This document shows positions 63,701 through 64,000 of a DNA stretch of 64,000 nt, in pieces (positions within the stretch are counted from its first letter, which is position 1; every line of letters starts with the position of its first letter). The notes beneath the pieces are model-generated. The model made no database searches, was not told the origin of the DNA, and saw only the letters and a list, made by a program, of their open reading frames with translations. This stretch comes from Patiria miniata. Taxonomy: Eukaryota. The DNA lies in assembly GCF_015706575.1 (NCBI RefSeq), contig NW_024037073.1:20022740-20086739 (forward strand). The letters run 5' to 3'. Position numbers and translations under genes: made by a program.

Positions 63701-64000
63701 TTTGATTGTTTATTCTGTAATTAAACACATTAGAATATTACAATTCTTTCTGGAAATACAGCACAGGATACATGTATCTCTGATCAGTCCCTGTGGTACC
63801 ATGTGCATGTACAGAAATCTGCAGAGAGAAGATAATTAATCCAAACCTTCCAAAATCCTCCAAAATCCTCTTTGCATATATAAAGTGGAAGTTTTCGAAG
63901 GATTGAGCCTGTATGGCACAACTGTGTCAGTTGATTTTGCAGGATGCATTGTGTCAAAATCTACACCTTGTACATGTTGTAGCTTGTGTTGTCTATAGCC

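Overview
This window is eukaryotic genomic DNA, almost certainly from a deuterostome invertebrate (echinoderm, cephalochordate or hemichordate type), not a prokaryote. The evidence is GT-AG spliced genes, tRNA-derived SINEs carrying a Deu-domain-like core, a Penelope-like retroelement, and many mini- and macro-satellites. Three protein-coding loci all lie on the minus strand. (1) A complete merlin/NF2 homologue occupies 7754-21895 as 14 phase-consistent coding exons (about 584 aa). (2) Immediately upstream, head to tail, is a complete major vault protein (MVP) gene at 24937-36383 with 14 coding exons (864 aa); every splice junction and phase was reconstructed by hand and the total is divisible by three. 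(3) A Gln/Ser/Thr-rich low-complexity gene of at least 7 phase-0 exons spans about 51600-59750 and may be a transcriptional co-regulator. The most unusual structure is a second, partial MVP copy at 60660-63960. It keeps the promoter-proximal region and exons 1-3, then jumps straight into intron-6 sequence, so exons 4-6 are deleted at a breakpoint inside a dispersed repeat, and it has accumulated amino-acid substitutions. Other features are a near-intact Penelope-like element (RT plus GIY-YIG) at 43.7-46.4 kb fronted by about 215-bp tandem repeats, several foldback/MITE-like palindromes, intronic tandem duplications that replicate exon-intron junctions (NF2 intron 4, MVP intron 12), and a recurring G(n)-spacer-C(n) hairpin motif. 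No prokaryotic system (CRISPR, operon, defence island) is present. Coordinates come from manual reading and may be off by 1-2 nt.
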